Below, piece after piece: positions 27,501-37,123 of a stretch of 64,000 nt of DNA (position 1 is the first letter of the stretch; the number at the start of each line of letters is the position of its first letter). This stretch comes from Bdellovibrionota bacterium (GTDB lineage: Bacteria > Bdellovibrionota_C > UBA2361 > JBGSMV01). Below the pieces are notes generated by a model. The model saw only the letters and a list, made by a program, of their open reading frames with translations, was not told where the DNA came from and did no database searches. A program made the translations under genes and the position numbers. Location: NCBI GenBank assembly GCA_044356455.1, contig JBIKWF010000001.1:64001-128000 (forward strand), read 5' to 3'.

Positions 27501-29772
27501 CGGTGGCTGGGGTGGCTCTACTGCCCCCAAGTACGTCTTTGAGAGCGTGCAGGGTAGGAACTCTCCCCTTCAGCGGAGAGACTGCCAGAGGCTGATAGTC
27601 GCCTGACGCCCAGTTCACTACCTGCGGCGGTCCGGTGCTTATGTCCTCTCCAAAGCTGTACGTGCCATAGGAGGTAACATCGACAAAGTGGTTGTGATTC
27701 CAGTTGATGGTTGCAATGTCCGCGAGGGTTGGTTTGTCTGGATTGCCCGAGTTAAGGTCCACCGTTACCGCGCTCAGCAGATTTCCCTCAAAGACTACAT
27801 TGGTATACCCGTCGGCTCGAAAAAAGAGCGTTTGGTCAAACGTATTGTTAATAAAAAGTACGTGGTTGCAGTCGGTGTTAATCTGGGACGTAAAATTTGA
27901 GGGAACCTTTCTGATGAGCACATTGACAAAGGCAGAGTTGTTAATTTTCTCACCTGCTGCAAGTGCGGCAATGAATATGCCTTGGCTCTCTACGTCGTGA
28001 GCGTACATTCCGTACAGGATGTGATTGTCCATGCCGGCGTTGGGGCGGTAGATCTGATACAAGTCGGGATGTGCTCCTGTGTCTGCGGCGTCTACGTCTG
28101 TCGCTTGTACGCTCAGCACGACTTGCGAGCCGGAGAAAAAATCAGACTTAATCTTTGAGACAGTAGTGTTCGCGATAAGAATTGAGTCAACGGGGCCATC
28201 TGCGGTGTCAGTCCATTCGGTGTCCGTGACATACAGCAGCGTCTTCATGAAGACGTTGGCGCCGCCGGTGGGCCCATAGCGGCCATTTTGCGCGCTCACG
28301 TGGGCGCCACTGAGCCAAATAAGCGGGCGTAGGGAGTTTGAACCAATCGAAAACAGTCCGTTTGCGTTAGTTACGAGCGAGACATTCTGCAATTTTATGC
28401 GGGCCAGAAACACGCTGTCGTGGGGCTGGTACTGCGCCTCGCCATCGACGCCGCGTAGAAGCACGGCAGTCTCAGGTACTCCTGGTGCAGCCGCAATGGT
28501 TAAAAAACGCTCGTCAGCTTTTGAAGATGCAAGTGCGTAGGGATACTCTCCAGGGAGACAGTAAATGGTGCTGCCGTCGAGCGTGCCGTACTGAGCGGTA
28601 AGCTGAGCGGCTGCGGCTTTCAGGGTCCGAAAAGGGTTCTGCAGAGTTCCGTCTCCTGACGAATCGGACCCCAGTCCCGAGACGTAGGCGGGTGTTCGAG
28701 AATAGCTCCCTCCCGCGTTGGTCCAGATGAAAAGTGAGTATACGCCGTTCGTGGCGGGTGCTGCGCCAAGGTTGGGCTGCGCATTGGGAAGAGGTGCCTG
28801 GTAATTTCCCGCAAGAAGCCTTGGAATGCCAGCATTGCGGGGAATAGCCAGCGCCCGAACCTCAACCTTGCTATCGGGGAAGTCGCTCGCGCGCAGCGTT
28901 ACCCAGTATTCACTCACTTCATTAGAGGGATTTACGGTCGGATGATCCACGGCTACCCAAGGACCGCCGTTCGCCGAAAAGAGCACCTTTGCGATACCGT
29001 TGCGATGAAATGCCACGACACCAATAGGAAGTTCGTTGTTCACTACTTGAAAGGGCACGCTGCTCCAGCGTGCAATCGCGAGTGCTTCGTAGCCCACGTC
29101 TCCAGGATTGCCAATTGGGGCAGGGGCTTCGATAGTTTCGGGGAATCCATCTCCTCCCATCAGATAAGAAGAAGTGACGACGGGAATTGGGGTTGGCGTC
29201 GCCGCAGGTAGAGTGGGGGTTGCGGTAGGTGCGGCGCCCGAGGTCGGTGTGGGGGGAGTGAGCTGATTTTCTTCTTTTTTCTCATCAGGCGCCTCGGGCT
29301 GCTGAGGGTCCTCCGAGGGGGGCGTGACGAGTTCCGTTGGTGGCGGCGTTGGTGAAACGGTTGGCGGCAGCTCATCTCCTGGGCCAGCAAGATCTTCGAT
29401 TACTACGCTGCGCGTAAATCGACTTATAATTCGACTATCTTTCGCCTTCCCTCGGAGTTTGGTGCCGCGGGAGAGCGTGCGGAATCGGTAGTGGCCTGCC
29501 TCGAGGGTCTGGGGAGGAATCTTGTAGCGAAGTACCTGCTTCCTTAGGTCGACGCGTTTGACACGTGTCCATTCTCCTCCCTCAGAGCGATACATTTCAA
29601 TAGAATGACGAGCGGAGGGTATTTGAGCTACCTCTCGCAGCAGTCGAACCACGATGGCGCCACTTGACTCAATCTCAATGCGAGGAGGCGCAACCCTTGT
29701 GTCGGCCAGAAGCGGCTGTGAAAGCGAGCAGAGAAGCGCGAATAATAGTGAGACAAGACGACTAGGCGTCAT
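27472..29772 (-). CDS. Large secreted protein: N-terminal domain, Pro/Thr/Glu linker, probable right-handed beta-helix (pectin-lyase fold)
   Basis: Signal peptide; PTATPT linker; YVSGLGSDSSGDGTLQNPFRTLKAA..TIYCLPGEY; HPDLYQ; C-terminal DYQPLAVSPL..D..G.SR...IGAIE. Confidence 0.7.
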   Translation of the reverse strand: MTPSRLVSLLFALLCSLSQPLLADTRVAPPRIEIESSGAIVVRLLREVAQIPSARHSIEMYRSEGGEWTRVKRVDLRKQVLRYKIPPQTLEAGHYRFRTLSRGTKLRGKAKDSRIISRFTRSVVIEDLAGPGDELPPTVSPTPPPTELVTPPSEDPQQPEAPDEKKEENQLTPPTPTSGAAPTATPTLPAATPTPIPVVTSSYLMGGDGFPETIEAPAPIGNPGDVGYEALAIARWSSVPFQVVNNELPIGVVAFHRNGIAKVLFSANGGPWVAVDHPTVNPSNEVSEYWVTLRASDFPDSKVEVRALAIPRNAGIPRLLAGNYQAPLPNAQPNLGAAPATNGVYSLFIWTNAGGSYSRTPAYVSGLGSDSSGDGTLQNPFRTLKAAAAQLTAQYGTLDGSTIYCLPGEYPYALASSKADERFLTIAAAPGVPETAVLLRGVDGEAQYQPHDSVFLARIKLQNVSLVTNANGLFSIGSNSLRPLIWLSGAHVSAQNGRYGPTGGANVFMKTLLYVTDTEWTDTADGPVDSILIANTTVSKIKSDFFSGSQVVLSVQATDVDAADTGAHPDLYQIYRPNAGMDNHILYGMYAHDVESQGIFIAALAAGEKINNSAFVNVLIRKVPSNFTSQINTDCNHVLFINNTFDQTLFFRADGYTNVVFEGNLLSAVTVDLNSGNPDKPTLADIATINWNHNHFVDVTSYGTYSFGEDISTGPPQVVNWASGDYQPLAVSPLKGRVPTLHALKDVLGGSRATPATAIGAIEALE

Positions 29773-30156
29773 GGTTGACCTTTTAGTAGGTCACGCAAGT
29801 CACGGTTCTCAAACTGGTCCCCCATAGACAACTCAAGCAATGAGTGTGCCATCGGATCTTGGTCACCTCGCCTTTATGGTTCCCGGTTAAATCGTTCCTT
29901 TACGCACCAAAGGAGTACGAATCTCTCGTAGGAGTGAGTTGGGTAGCAATTGATCAAGCTATTCCGGCAATAATGCTCCGCTAACGCCCGGCCGCATTCA
30001 ACAAATTGCGCTGGCCGGAGCCTGCCTTGTTTCGCCGCAGCACAGCTTTTGCCTAGGGGGAGGTTGCTTTTCCACCTTGTGAACGAAGAATTTACGAGGG
30101 GTGGGTGGGCAGCAGGAGAACACAAGGTATGCACGCTGGTGCGTACTTCGCGCTTC

Positions 30157-31176
30157 TCAGGGCGTATTTGCTTCAACAGGCGGCTCGGGGATAAGTGAGG
30201 AGGCGAGAATACCTGCAGTCAACGCGCCGACGATCACCACCATCGACCAAAGGGTAGGGATATGAAAGAAGCCCGCTATCATCATCTTCATGCCGATAAA
30301 AAAGAGCACCCCAACCAGGGCTACCTTAAGGAAACGAAAGCGCGAGATCAGAGAGGCCAGGGCAAAATACAGAGACCGCAGGTTTAAGATAGCGAAAACA
30401 TTTGAGGTAAAGACGAGAAAGGGATCGCTCGTAATGGCGAATACGGCGGGAATTGAGTCAAAGGCAAACAGCAGATCCGTACTTTCTATGACCACAAGTA
30501 CCAGAAAAAGGGGGGTGGCGAGTCGCTTGCCACTACGGATGGTAAAAAATTTCTCGCCATCTAGTTCGCTCGTGGTGGGCACAAAGCGTGTAACTAGTTT
30601 GTAGAGACGGCTCGTTGAGGGATCGAAGCTTTCCTCTTTTACCACCAATAGCTTGGCCGCCGCATACAGGAGCAAGGCTCCAAATAAATAATTCACCCAG
30701 CTAAAATTTGCTATGAGCGTGGCTCCAATACCAATCATAACGCCGCGCATGACAAGCGCGCCCAAAATGCCCCAGAAAAGAACGCGGTGCTGATGCTGGA
30801 GGGGGATTTGGAAGAAAGAGAAGATGATGGCGATTACAAAAATGTTATCTATGCTGAGGGACTGCTCCACAATCCACGCGGTGAGGAACTGCATTGCAGC
30901 CTCTGCTCCAGAGCTGGGAAGCGCACCGAGGCCTCCTGCCGCGGCTTCGGAAAGGCCTCCCGAGGCTCGAAGCTGGGCTACGGATCCCATCCAGCCGTAT
31001 TCGTATAAAAAATAGACCAGGCCACTAAAGAGAACTGCAAGAACGCAGCAGAATCCTGACCAGCGCAGAGCTTCCGAGGAACTCATGACGCGCGCCTTAG
31101 ACCGAAGCAGGCCAAGGTCCACGGCAAGCATACCAAGAACAAAGACGATAAATCCGCACCAGAAGAGAAAATGCAT
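30157..31176 (-). CDS. TerC/Alx-family metal homeostasis membrane protein
   Basis: EQSLSIDNIFV, QHRVLFWGILGALVMRG, ATPLFLVL, DLLFAFDSIPAVFAITSDPFLVFTSNVFAILNLRSLYF. Confidence 0.93.
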   Translation of the reverse strand: MHFLFWCGFIVFVLGMLAVDLGLLRSKARVMSSSEALRWSGFCCVLAVLFSGLVYFLYEYGWMGSVAQLRASGGLSEAAAGGLGALPSSGAEAAMQFLTAWIVEQSLSIDNIFVIAIIFSFFQIPLQHQHRVLFWGILGALVMRGVMIGIGATLIANFSWVNYLFGALLLYAAAKLLVVKEESFDPSTSRLYKLVTRFVPTTSELDGEKFFTIRSGKRLATPLFLVLVVIESTDLLFAFDSIPAVFAITSDPFLVFTSNVFAILNLRSLYFALASLISRFRFLKVALVGVLFFIGMKMMIAGFFHIPTLWSMVVIVGALTAGILASSLIPEPPVEANTP

Positions 31177-31250
31177 ACACCCAATCTAGAAAAACAAACA
31201 TTACAATAACAAGAGCGCTAAGGGGGAAAGGCTGGGAGTTCGGTAAAAAA

Positions 31251-31297
31251 CAACCACTAAGACCACAGTGACCACTAAGACCACAGTGACCACAAAG
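31251..31297. repeat. Five tandem nonamers (ACCACTAAG/ACCACAGTG)
   Basis: CA-ACCACTAAG-ACCACAGTG-ACCACTAAG-ACCACAGTG-ACCACAAAG. Confidence 0.9.
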
Positions 31298-31310
31298 AAA
31301 GGGGAACGCT

Positions 31311-31877
31311 TCATTTCCCTGCAGGTAATTCAGAGCTTGCGGTGTTCCTAGGAGAGGCCTTTTCCACGCTTGCTCCGCTATCCTCCTTGAGAGTGAGCTC
31401 CTTGGCGAGCCTGTCGAGCATACTCTCATAAAGCAGCGGGTCCCTGTCGCGGTAGCGACCCAGAAACTCTATGGCCTCTGAAAGTTTGCCCTGTTCCTCG
31501 TACCACCTCGCGATACCGCGGAAGCGATCCGATACAAGGTATTCATCCACCTTGTTTTCCTCGGCGAGAGCATAGCTCTTTTCCGCCTCCTCAATAAGCC
31601 CTTGTCCGAGCTGAATGTCGCCAATGAGAATTAGATAAAAATAGGGATTCTCCCATTCAGGGCGCTTGGGAACTTTAAGGCGAAATGCCATGTGGGAGCG
31701 GTAGGCTTCAATCGCCTCCTGGTATTTACCCTCGCGACTAAGCTCCTCTGCACGTTCAAGAAAGCCATACTCGCCGCCTCGCCCTGAAAAGCATCCTGAG
31801 AGAAGCACCAGCACGAGGGCCGCGCATAGCCAAGGGCGAAGCCTCTTGAAAATCCTTGGGGCAAGACTCTGTCGCAT
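31311..31877 (-). CDS. TPR-like lipoprotein, hypothetical
   Basis: Lipobox LSGC; TPR-like helices (AEELSREGKYQEAIEAY; GDIQLGQGLIEEAEKSY). Confidence 0.7.
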   Translation of the reverse strand: MRQSLAPRIFKRLRPWLCAALVLVLLSGCFSGRGGEYGFLERAEELSREGKYQEAIEAYRSHMAFRLKVPKRPEWENPYFYLILIGDIQLGQGLIEEAEKSYALAEENKVDEYLVSDRFRGIARWYEEQGKLSEAIEFLGRYRDRDPLLYESMLDRLAKELTLKEDSGASVEKASPRNTASSELPAGK

Positions 31878-31988
31878 AGCGAGAGATTCTCAGGTAACCG
31901 ATGGTGCTGCAACTGGTTCCAGGTTCCCGAATTGTTGATAGCTTCTCAGCGCTTCAACTTCAGAGAACGACGTACATTCTATCCCTCA

Positions 31989-32017
31989 CTTAGTGGTCAC
32001 TGTGGTCTTAGTGGTTG
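31989..32017. repeat. Nonamer repeat; exact reverse complement of 31251-31279
   Basis: CTTAGTGGT-CACTGTGGT-CTTAGTGGT-TG. Confidence 0.9.
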
Positions 32018-32937
32018 TCCTTTCGTTTAATATCAGGCCCGAGGCTGCCCTCATTCAATGCGAGTAGATACGCCGCTGACGAAAGCCTTTCCCCGCTCGG
32101 CAGAGTTCGCCAGCGCTTATGAATCCAAACCCACTGCTCCGGATAGGCCCGTATGACTTCTTCGAGATGGGCATGGTAAGCGGCCAGGACCTCGGCGGCA
32201 CTCCCGGAAGAGGGAAGCTCTCGGTACATTACTCTGCCACCCCGCCCTTCTCTCACTAAAAAGGCGCTTACCACATGAGCCTTTTGGCGGAGTGCCAGTT
32301 CTATGAGGCTGCTTGGGGTAACTGCTGGAATTCCGAAAAACGGAACGTGGGTACCGGCCACCCTGGTATCTTGGTCTATGAGGGCAGCTACCCAGCGCCT
32401 AGACTTAAGCGCCCTTAGTATGTCACGTGCCCCTTGGGCAGAGTTGGTTCTCCAGATGGTTTCAATACCATAACGACCACGTAGGTTCGCGAGGACTTCT
32501 TGGAGGTGCTGATTGCGGGCCTCCCTGCCTATGGCGGTAAGAGGAAACCCGCGCGAGGTCATAAGGGCGCCAAAGAGGTCCCAGCTGCCTACGTGGCCCG
32601 TGAGGCAGATAAGAGGTTGGCCTGAGTTGGTGAGTGCGCGTGCCCGTTGCTCCTCGGGGAAGGAGAACTGCTCTGAGGCCGCAAGGAATGGGGCAAGATT
32701 AACTGATTCAGCCAGGGTGCGTCCAAGGTGGGCATAGACCTTTCGGGTGAGCTGAGAGGTCTCGCTTGCCCCAGCTCTCAAAACTGCACGAATTTGAGCT
32801 TGGCAAATAGCGCGGTCGCGCGTGGGTATAAGAGAGAAAATGATTCCTAAAAGCGCGCCGAGTTTTCCACGAAATTCGGCGGGCAGAGAGCCAAAAGCGC
32901 CGAGAGCTGTGAGTATGGCTCTAGAAGGGAGCTTCAT
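32008..32937 (-). CDS. Lipid A biosynthesis acyltransferase (LpxL/HtrB family)
   Basis: TGHVGSWD (HxxxxD-type), ALIDQD, VPFFG, YPEQWVWIHKRW. Confidence 0.88.
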   Translation of the reverse strand: MKLPSRAILTALGAFGSLPAEFRGKLGALLGIIFSLIPTRDRAICQAQIRAVLRAGASETSQLTRKVYAHLGRTLAESVNLAPFLAASEQFSFPEEQRARALTNSGQPLICLTGHVGSWDLFGALMTSRGFPLTAIGREARNQHLQEVLANLRGRYGIETIWRTNSAQGARDILRALKSRRWVAALIDQDTRVAGTHVPFFGIPAVTPSSLIELALRQKAHVVSAFLVREGRGGRVMYRELPSSGSAAEVLAAYHAHLEEVIRAYPEQWVWIHKRWRTLPSGERLSSAAYLLALNEGSLGPDIKRKDNH

Positions 32938-34030
32938 CTTCTCCGGCATCCTTCTCAGTGCGCGCTTCGCCCCTGAGCCCTTCTACGAGGAGCAATTCCA
33001 TAAGGAAGTCTCTTAGGATGATTCCTAGGAGTTCGCCGTCTTTCATAACAAAGACTACAAGCGAGCCGTTCTCCCGGAATATATCAGAGATGTTTGCCAC
33101 TGGTTCCTCGGGCGCAACCGAACGAAAATCCTTTGAAAGTAGGCCCGAGATGTAATCGTGTTCATCGCCATGGGCGGCAGCTTCTATGAGGTCCTGCCGA
33201 TCGACAAAGCCAAGAACGGTCTTGCCATGCACTACGGGAAAGAGTGCTTGAAAGGACCGCATCGCACGGTCTACAGCCTGAGGAATTGTGGTGACGTGAG
33301 GGAGCGTCAGCAGGGCGGAGACTGGAATCATCGCACGTTCGGCAGAGAGTTCCTTCGACGCCAGGAGCGCTTTCGAGCGCACGAGTTCCTGCATGGAGTT
33401 GGTAAATACGATTGCCGCTACTAACACGAGGAACATATTGAAGGTGAGCAGGGCCGCAAGTCCAAGCAGGACGCTTGCGCCTTGGCTGATGCGTACCGTA
33501 ACCGCAGTAGCCTCCTTAACTCCGAAAATGGAGAGTAGGGCACGCAAGATTCGGCCACCGTCCATCGGGAAGGCCGGGATAAGGTTAAACACCACGAGCA
33601 CGACGTTGGTAGCAAAAAATTTCGTAATAAACGAGGACTGAGCGAGCTGTGCAGGGTCCGTGGGCGTCTCAGCCCAGGGGGCCAGAGTCATAGCGATAAA
33701 AGCATTAACGAGGGGCCCCGCCGCAGAGATAACTAGTTCAGCGCGCGGGCCTGCTTCTCGAAGTAGCGACGCCACTCCGCCAAAGGGGTAAAGTGTGATG
33801 TCCCTTGTTTTTATTCCAAAACGCAGAGCGGCGAGCGCATGTCCCAATTCATGGGCCAGGACGGCACCAAAAAGTGCGGCGATAAAGAGCATTTCAGGTA
33901 TCGGGTTCCCGCCCCCTGAGGACGCATCAAAGGCCACCAAGGCAAGCAAGAGCAGAAAGGTCAGATGCACCCGTATGGGAACTCCTGCCAGGTTAACCAG
34001 CGGAACTGTCCAGGTTCGATTCTGCGCCAT
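32921..34030 (-). CDS. Site-2 (M50) metalloprotease with C-terminal CBS pair
   Basis: HELGH, LYPFGGVA, ISAAGPLVN, FNLIPAFPMDGGRILRA. Confidence 0.93.
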   Translation of the reverse strand: MAQNRTWTVPLVNLAGVPIRVHLTFLLLLALVAFDASSGGGNPIPEMLFIAALFGAVLAHELGHALAALRFGIKTRDITLYPFGGVASLLREAGPRAELVISAAGPLVNAFIAMTLAPWAETPTDPAQLAQSSFITKFFATNVVLVVFNLIPAFPMDGGRILRALLSIFGVKEATAVTVRISQGASVLLGLAALLTFNMFLVLVAAIVFTNSMQELVRSKALLASKELSAERAMIPVSALLTLPHVTTIPQAVDRAMRSFQALFPVVHGKTVLGFVDRQDLIEAAAHGDEHDYISGLLSKDFRSVAPEEPVANISDIFRENGSLVVFVMKDGELLGIILRDFLMELLLVEGLRGEARTEKDAGEDEAPF

Positions 34031-34185
34031 ATAGGGATATCTTATAGCGCGATTGGCCAAAGCAAAACTACTCTGAGGCCTGCCTTTTTACAGAATCGAG
34101 GGGATTTCGTTTTTAATCTGGAGGCACCTGGGGGTGAGTCTTCATCTAGTAAACGGTCCACAGACCCATTAGAATCCTCCAAAAC

Positions 34186-35415
34186 ATGGAAACGCTACTC
34201 ATAGTTATCGTACTTGTCACCTTGGTGGGATCCTTTTGCTGCTCAATTTCAGAGAGCGCGCTTTACTCCATTCCTCCAGCCTACGTGAAGATGCTCGAGG
34301 AGTCTGGGGTAAGGAGTGGGAAGATTTTGGCAGGGTTCAAAGACGATATGGGCCCCCCCATTTCTGCTATTCTCATAGTCAATACGATAACGAATACCCT
34401 AGGCCCGGCAGTGTGCGGTGCTATTGTGGACGATCTTTGGGGCGAGTGGGGAGTACTCGCCGCCGCGGGTGTGCTCACGGCAGCGATTTTATTTATGGGA
34501 GAGATTACTCCCAAGCTCATAGGTGTCACCTATTCTAAAACCATCGCTCCGATTGTCGCTTTCCCGGTTCTTCTATGCGTGAAGCTTCTTGCTCCTTTGC
34601 TTTGGGTTAGTAGTGGAATCTCCTCTTTAGTCAAAGCGGATGAGCCTCAGCAAACCATGTCCCATCATGAAGTGAAATCCATGGCTGAAATTGGACAAGA
34701 GGAAGGCGCATTGGATGAGTTCGAGGGCGAGGTCATCCAGAACGTGATTGGGCTCGATGAAATTATTGTGCGAGAAATTCTAACTCCTCGCGTCGTGGTC
34801 TTTCGGCTTCGAGAGGACTTAACGGTAGCTGAAGTCGAAAAGGAGCTTCCGGACTGGAGTCATAGTCGCGTCCCCATTTATCCAGAGGACGACCCTGAGC
34901 ATCTTAGTGGGTACGTTCTGCAGCGGGATGTTTTTCGGGAGGCCGTGAGGGGGAACAAGACCACGACGCTCAAGCAGATTGCTCGCCAACTGCCAGTAGT
35001 GCCGGAGCTCATGCGAGCCGATAGGCTGCTCCTTCGAATGATTGATAAGAGAGAGCACATCTGTGCCGTCGTAGATGAGCATGGCAGCCTCGCAGGGATT
35101 GTTACTCTTGAAGACACGATGGAAGAGCTCGTGGGCAAAGAAATCGTTGACGAATACGACGCGGTTGCCGACCTGAGGACGTTCGCGGGGCTTCTACGTG
35201 TGGTGCGTAATCGGAGGAGACAGTCCGATGGGGCTACGAATGCGCCTGAGTCTGGCGCCCACGCTGCGACCGGCGTAGGAGCTGCGGCAGGAAGCCTGCC
35301 GGAGGGCGCACTCTTGGGTGGGCGCGAGCAGGGAAAACAGGGGCCGAATTTAGAGCGCGTCTTGCGAGAAGCGCGGAAGCTCAAGGCTCAGAGGGGCGGC
35401 GAGGGGCCTCTTTAG
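34186..35415 (+). CDS. CNNM/CorB (DUF21 + CBS) membrane protein
   Basis: SISESALYS, ISAILIVNTITNT, GEITPK, ILTPR, HSRVPIY, VVDEHGSLAGIVTLED..EELVG.EIVDE. Confidence 0.92.
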   Translation: METLLIVIVLVTLVGSFCCSISESALYSIPPAYVKMLEESGVRSGKILAGFKDDMGPPISAILIVNTITNTLGPAVCGAIVDDLWGEWGVLAAAGVLTAAILFMGEITPKLIGVTYSKTIAPIVAFPVLLCVKLLAPLLWVSSGISSLVKADEPQQTMSHHEVKSMAEIGQEEGALDEFEGEVIQNVIGLDEIIVREILTPRVVVFRLREDLTVAEVEKELPDWSHSRVPIYPEDDPEHLSGYVLQRDVFREAVRGNKTTTLKQIARQLPVVPELMRADRLLLRMIDKREHICAVVDEHGSLAGIVTLEDTMEELVGKEIVDEYDAVADLRTFAGLLRVVRNRRRQSDGATNAPESGAHAATGVGAAAGSLPEGALLGGREQGKQGPNLERVLREARKLKAQRGGEGPL

Positions 35416-35552
35416 GGGCTTAAGCTATGATTTGACCTCCTAGTTATTGCAGAGGTCTTGCGAGGTGCCCCGGCTTTTCAGCAGGGGAATTCTAACGCGA
35501 GGGACGGCAACAGGAAGAGGATTCAACTCATTCTAAGCTCGTATCGTAGAGC

Positions 35553-35584
35553 AAAAAAAATGGGGAGCATGTTAGCTCCCCATT
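35553..35584 (-). terminator. Intrinsic terminator
   Basis: A8-TGGGGAGC-ATGTTA-GCTCCCCA; T-run on the minus strand after the ORF ending at 35646. Confidence 0.8.
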
Positions 35585-35645
35585 CTCGTACTCTGTTTGC
35601 CTTACGGCTTAACAGTGTGAGTGATCTCTCACTGGATAGCCAACA

Positions 35646-36137
35646 TTACTGAATGTCTGCTGCATCGTCCTTGAGTTTCAAGGAAAGTGCTCGAAGGAAC
35701 GCGTTCGGCGAAACATCCTGACGGGATACCCCGCAGTTGACAAAACGCGCAACCGACTCAGAGTACTCGTTGATAGATGCTTGATTGCAAATGAGCCTGC
35801 CTTGAATGCTAAGAATTGGCTGCTCGCCGTCCTCGTTATTCTCAACGCCCTCTAGCTCTTCGGCATTAAGTGTGAAGGACTTGCGGTTAGTGAAGCGCTT
35901 TTCGATAAGCAAGCGCTTCTTCTCGAACTCGGTGTCCCCGGGGTAGCTTATGCCTCCCATAACCCTAACTCGGCACTCGCTCCGACGAGCTCGGTTGAAG
36001 CGAAAGCGCATTTGAAGCTTGGCTGTGTTCCCATTATAAGCCAGCTGCACGCGAACAGGTGGCACCGACTGCGCCATCGCTTGTTTCGCTGCTGCGAAGG
36101 TGAAGGCTGCTGCAACAACAATTAGTAATTTCTTCAT
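35646..36137 (-). CDS. Secreted hypothetical protein
   Basis: Signal peptide MKKLLIVVAAAFTFAAAKQAMA; AAGAGAG RBS-like sequence; own terminator. Confidence 0.7.
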   Translation of the reverse strand: MKKLLIVVAAAFTFAAAKQAMAQSVPPVRVQLAYNGNTAKLQMRFRFNRARRSECRVRVMGGISYPGDTEFEKKRLLIEKRFTNRKSFTLNAEELEGVENNEDGEQPILSIQGRLICNQASINEYSESVARFVNCGVSRQDVSPNAFLRALSLKLKDDAADIQ

Positions 36138-36258
36138 ACGTGGCTCTCTTAAGATTTAATTCCTGACCTCGTCAAAACTTTTCGCCTCTTCCTGGGCACC
36201 GCAAACATTGCAAATCCCCACCATTTCTCAGTCGCAAGACCTATAGGTGCGAATATCC

Positions 36259-36945
36259 TCAGGTACTTGGAGAAATCGGAGGAAGCGGATCTGGTCGTTC
36301 TTCGTTCAAGCAATCTTCTGTTGCAGGACAAGCGATCTTGTCGTTTCCGGGCTTCTTGCTTGGATTAGAGCCATTCTTCGTGCTGCTTTCATCGTCAGCA
36401 GGGAGAAGTGGAGCCGCGGATGGTTCATCGGAACCGCCCGAATCCGTAGATCCGCCCGTCGAGGAGGGGACTGCGCTCTCCGAGCTGTCTCTACCTGAGA
36501 AGACGCCAAGGCCGACGCCGGTAACCGCAACGCCTGCGCCACCAAGCCATGCCGCGGCGTTCGAGCTGCCTTCTTCGTCTGTGGTAATTACTGCTACTTG
36601 AGAAACGATTGCTTCGCTCTGGGTAGTTCCCGCCTTAGCGGTCTCTTGACAAATTTTCCATGCCCCAGGGGTTACGTTCTTGAATCCACCCTTGCCGCCA
36701 ACAACGAAGGACGTGAGGGACTCAGACGCAGCCGAGGAGAGGACGAAACCAACATCGGAAAGCGGAGAGCCCGACTTATCAGTCACTCTGATTTCGACCG
36801 AAGTGTTTGTACCATCTCGAACCTCGCGGATGGCGCGTGGTGTTCCGTCGCAGTCTGTGACTTTTATCTCAGCCGCAAACGCGGAATATGCAGGCGCCAG
36901 GGTTGCTGCGACCGCGGTAGCAAGAACCGAAATAGTTCTTTTCAT
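36259..36945 (-). CDS. Secreted hypothetical protein with prealbumin-like domain and Gly-rich C-terminal hydrophobic segment
   Basis: Signal peptide; VTDKSGSPLSDV..L..G..GFKNVTPGAW pattern; GGAGVAVTGVGLGV; Ser/Gly/Asp-rich tail. Confidence 0.65.
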   Translation of the reverse strand: MKRTISVLATAVAATLAPAYSAFAAEIKVTDCDGTPRAIREVRDGTNTSVEIRVTDKSGSPLSDVGFVLSSAASESLTSFVVGGKGGFKNVTPGAWKICQETAKAGTTQSEAIVSQVAVITTDEEGSSNAAAWLGGAGVAVTGVGLGVFSGRDSSESAVPSSTGGSTDSGGSDEPSAAPLLPADDESSTKNGSNPSKKPGNDKIACPATEDCLNEERPDPLPPISPST

Positions 36946-37123
36946 TTGATTATCGAAGCCTCAAAAAATTCCAAGAAGGCGCAAGGCATCTCACATGCGC
37001 ATGGCCCCTAACAAGGTGGTCCTAATCGCTCCGTAACATCGAGCAGTTAGAGCCTAGTCGATGTAGATGCATTCGTCTAGAGGAATAAGCAGCGGTGGTA
37101 GGGAGAAATTCCACTGCAGCGAT

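Noticed and set aside
29960..30056. c-di-GMP-I riboswitch-like words on the minus strand (GGCAAA...GCTCCGG...TAGCGGAGC...TTGCCG)
   Set aside because: No GNRA-capped P2 and no ACGCAAAG junction; the shared words also occur in the repeat at ~21512.
31177..31310. yybP-ykoY (Mn2+) riboswitch expected upstream of TerC/Alx
   Set aside because: No GGGGAGTAG-type core on the minus strand; the region holds the nonamer repeat instead. None seen upstream of the other TerC gene either.
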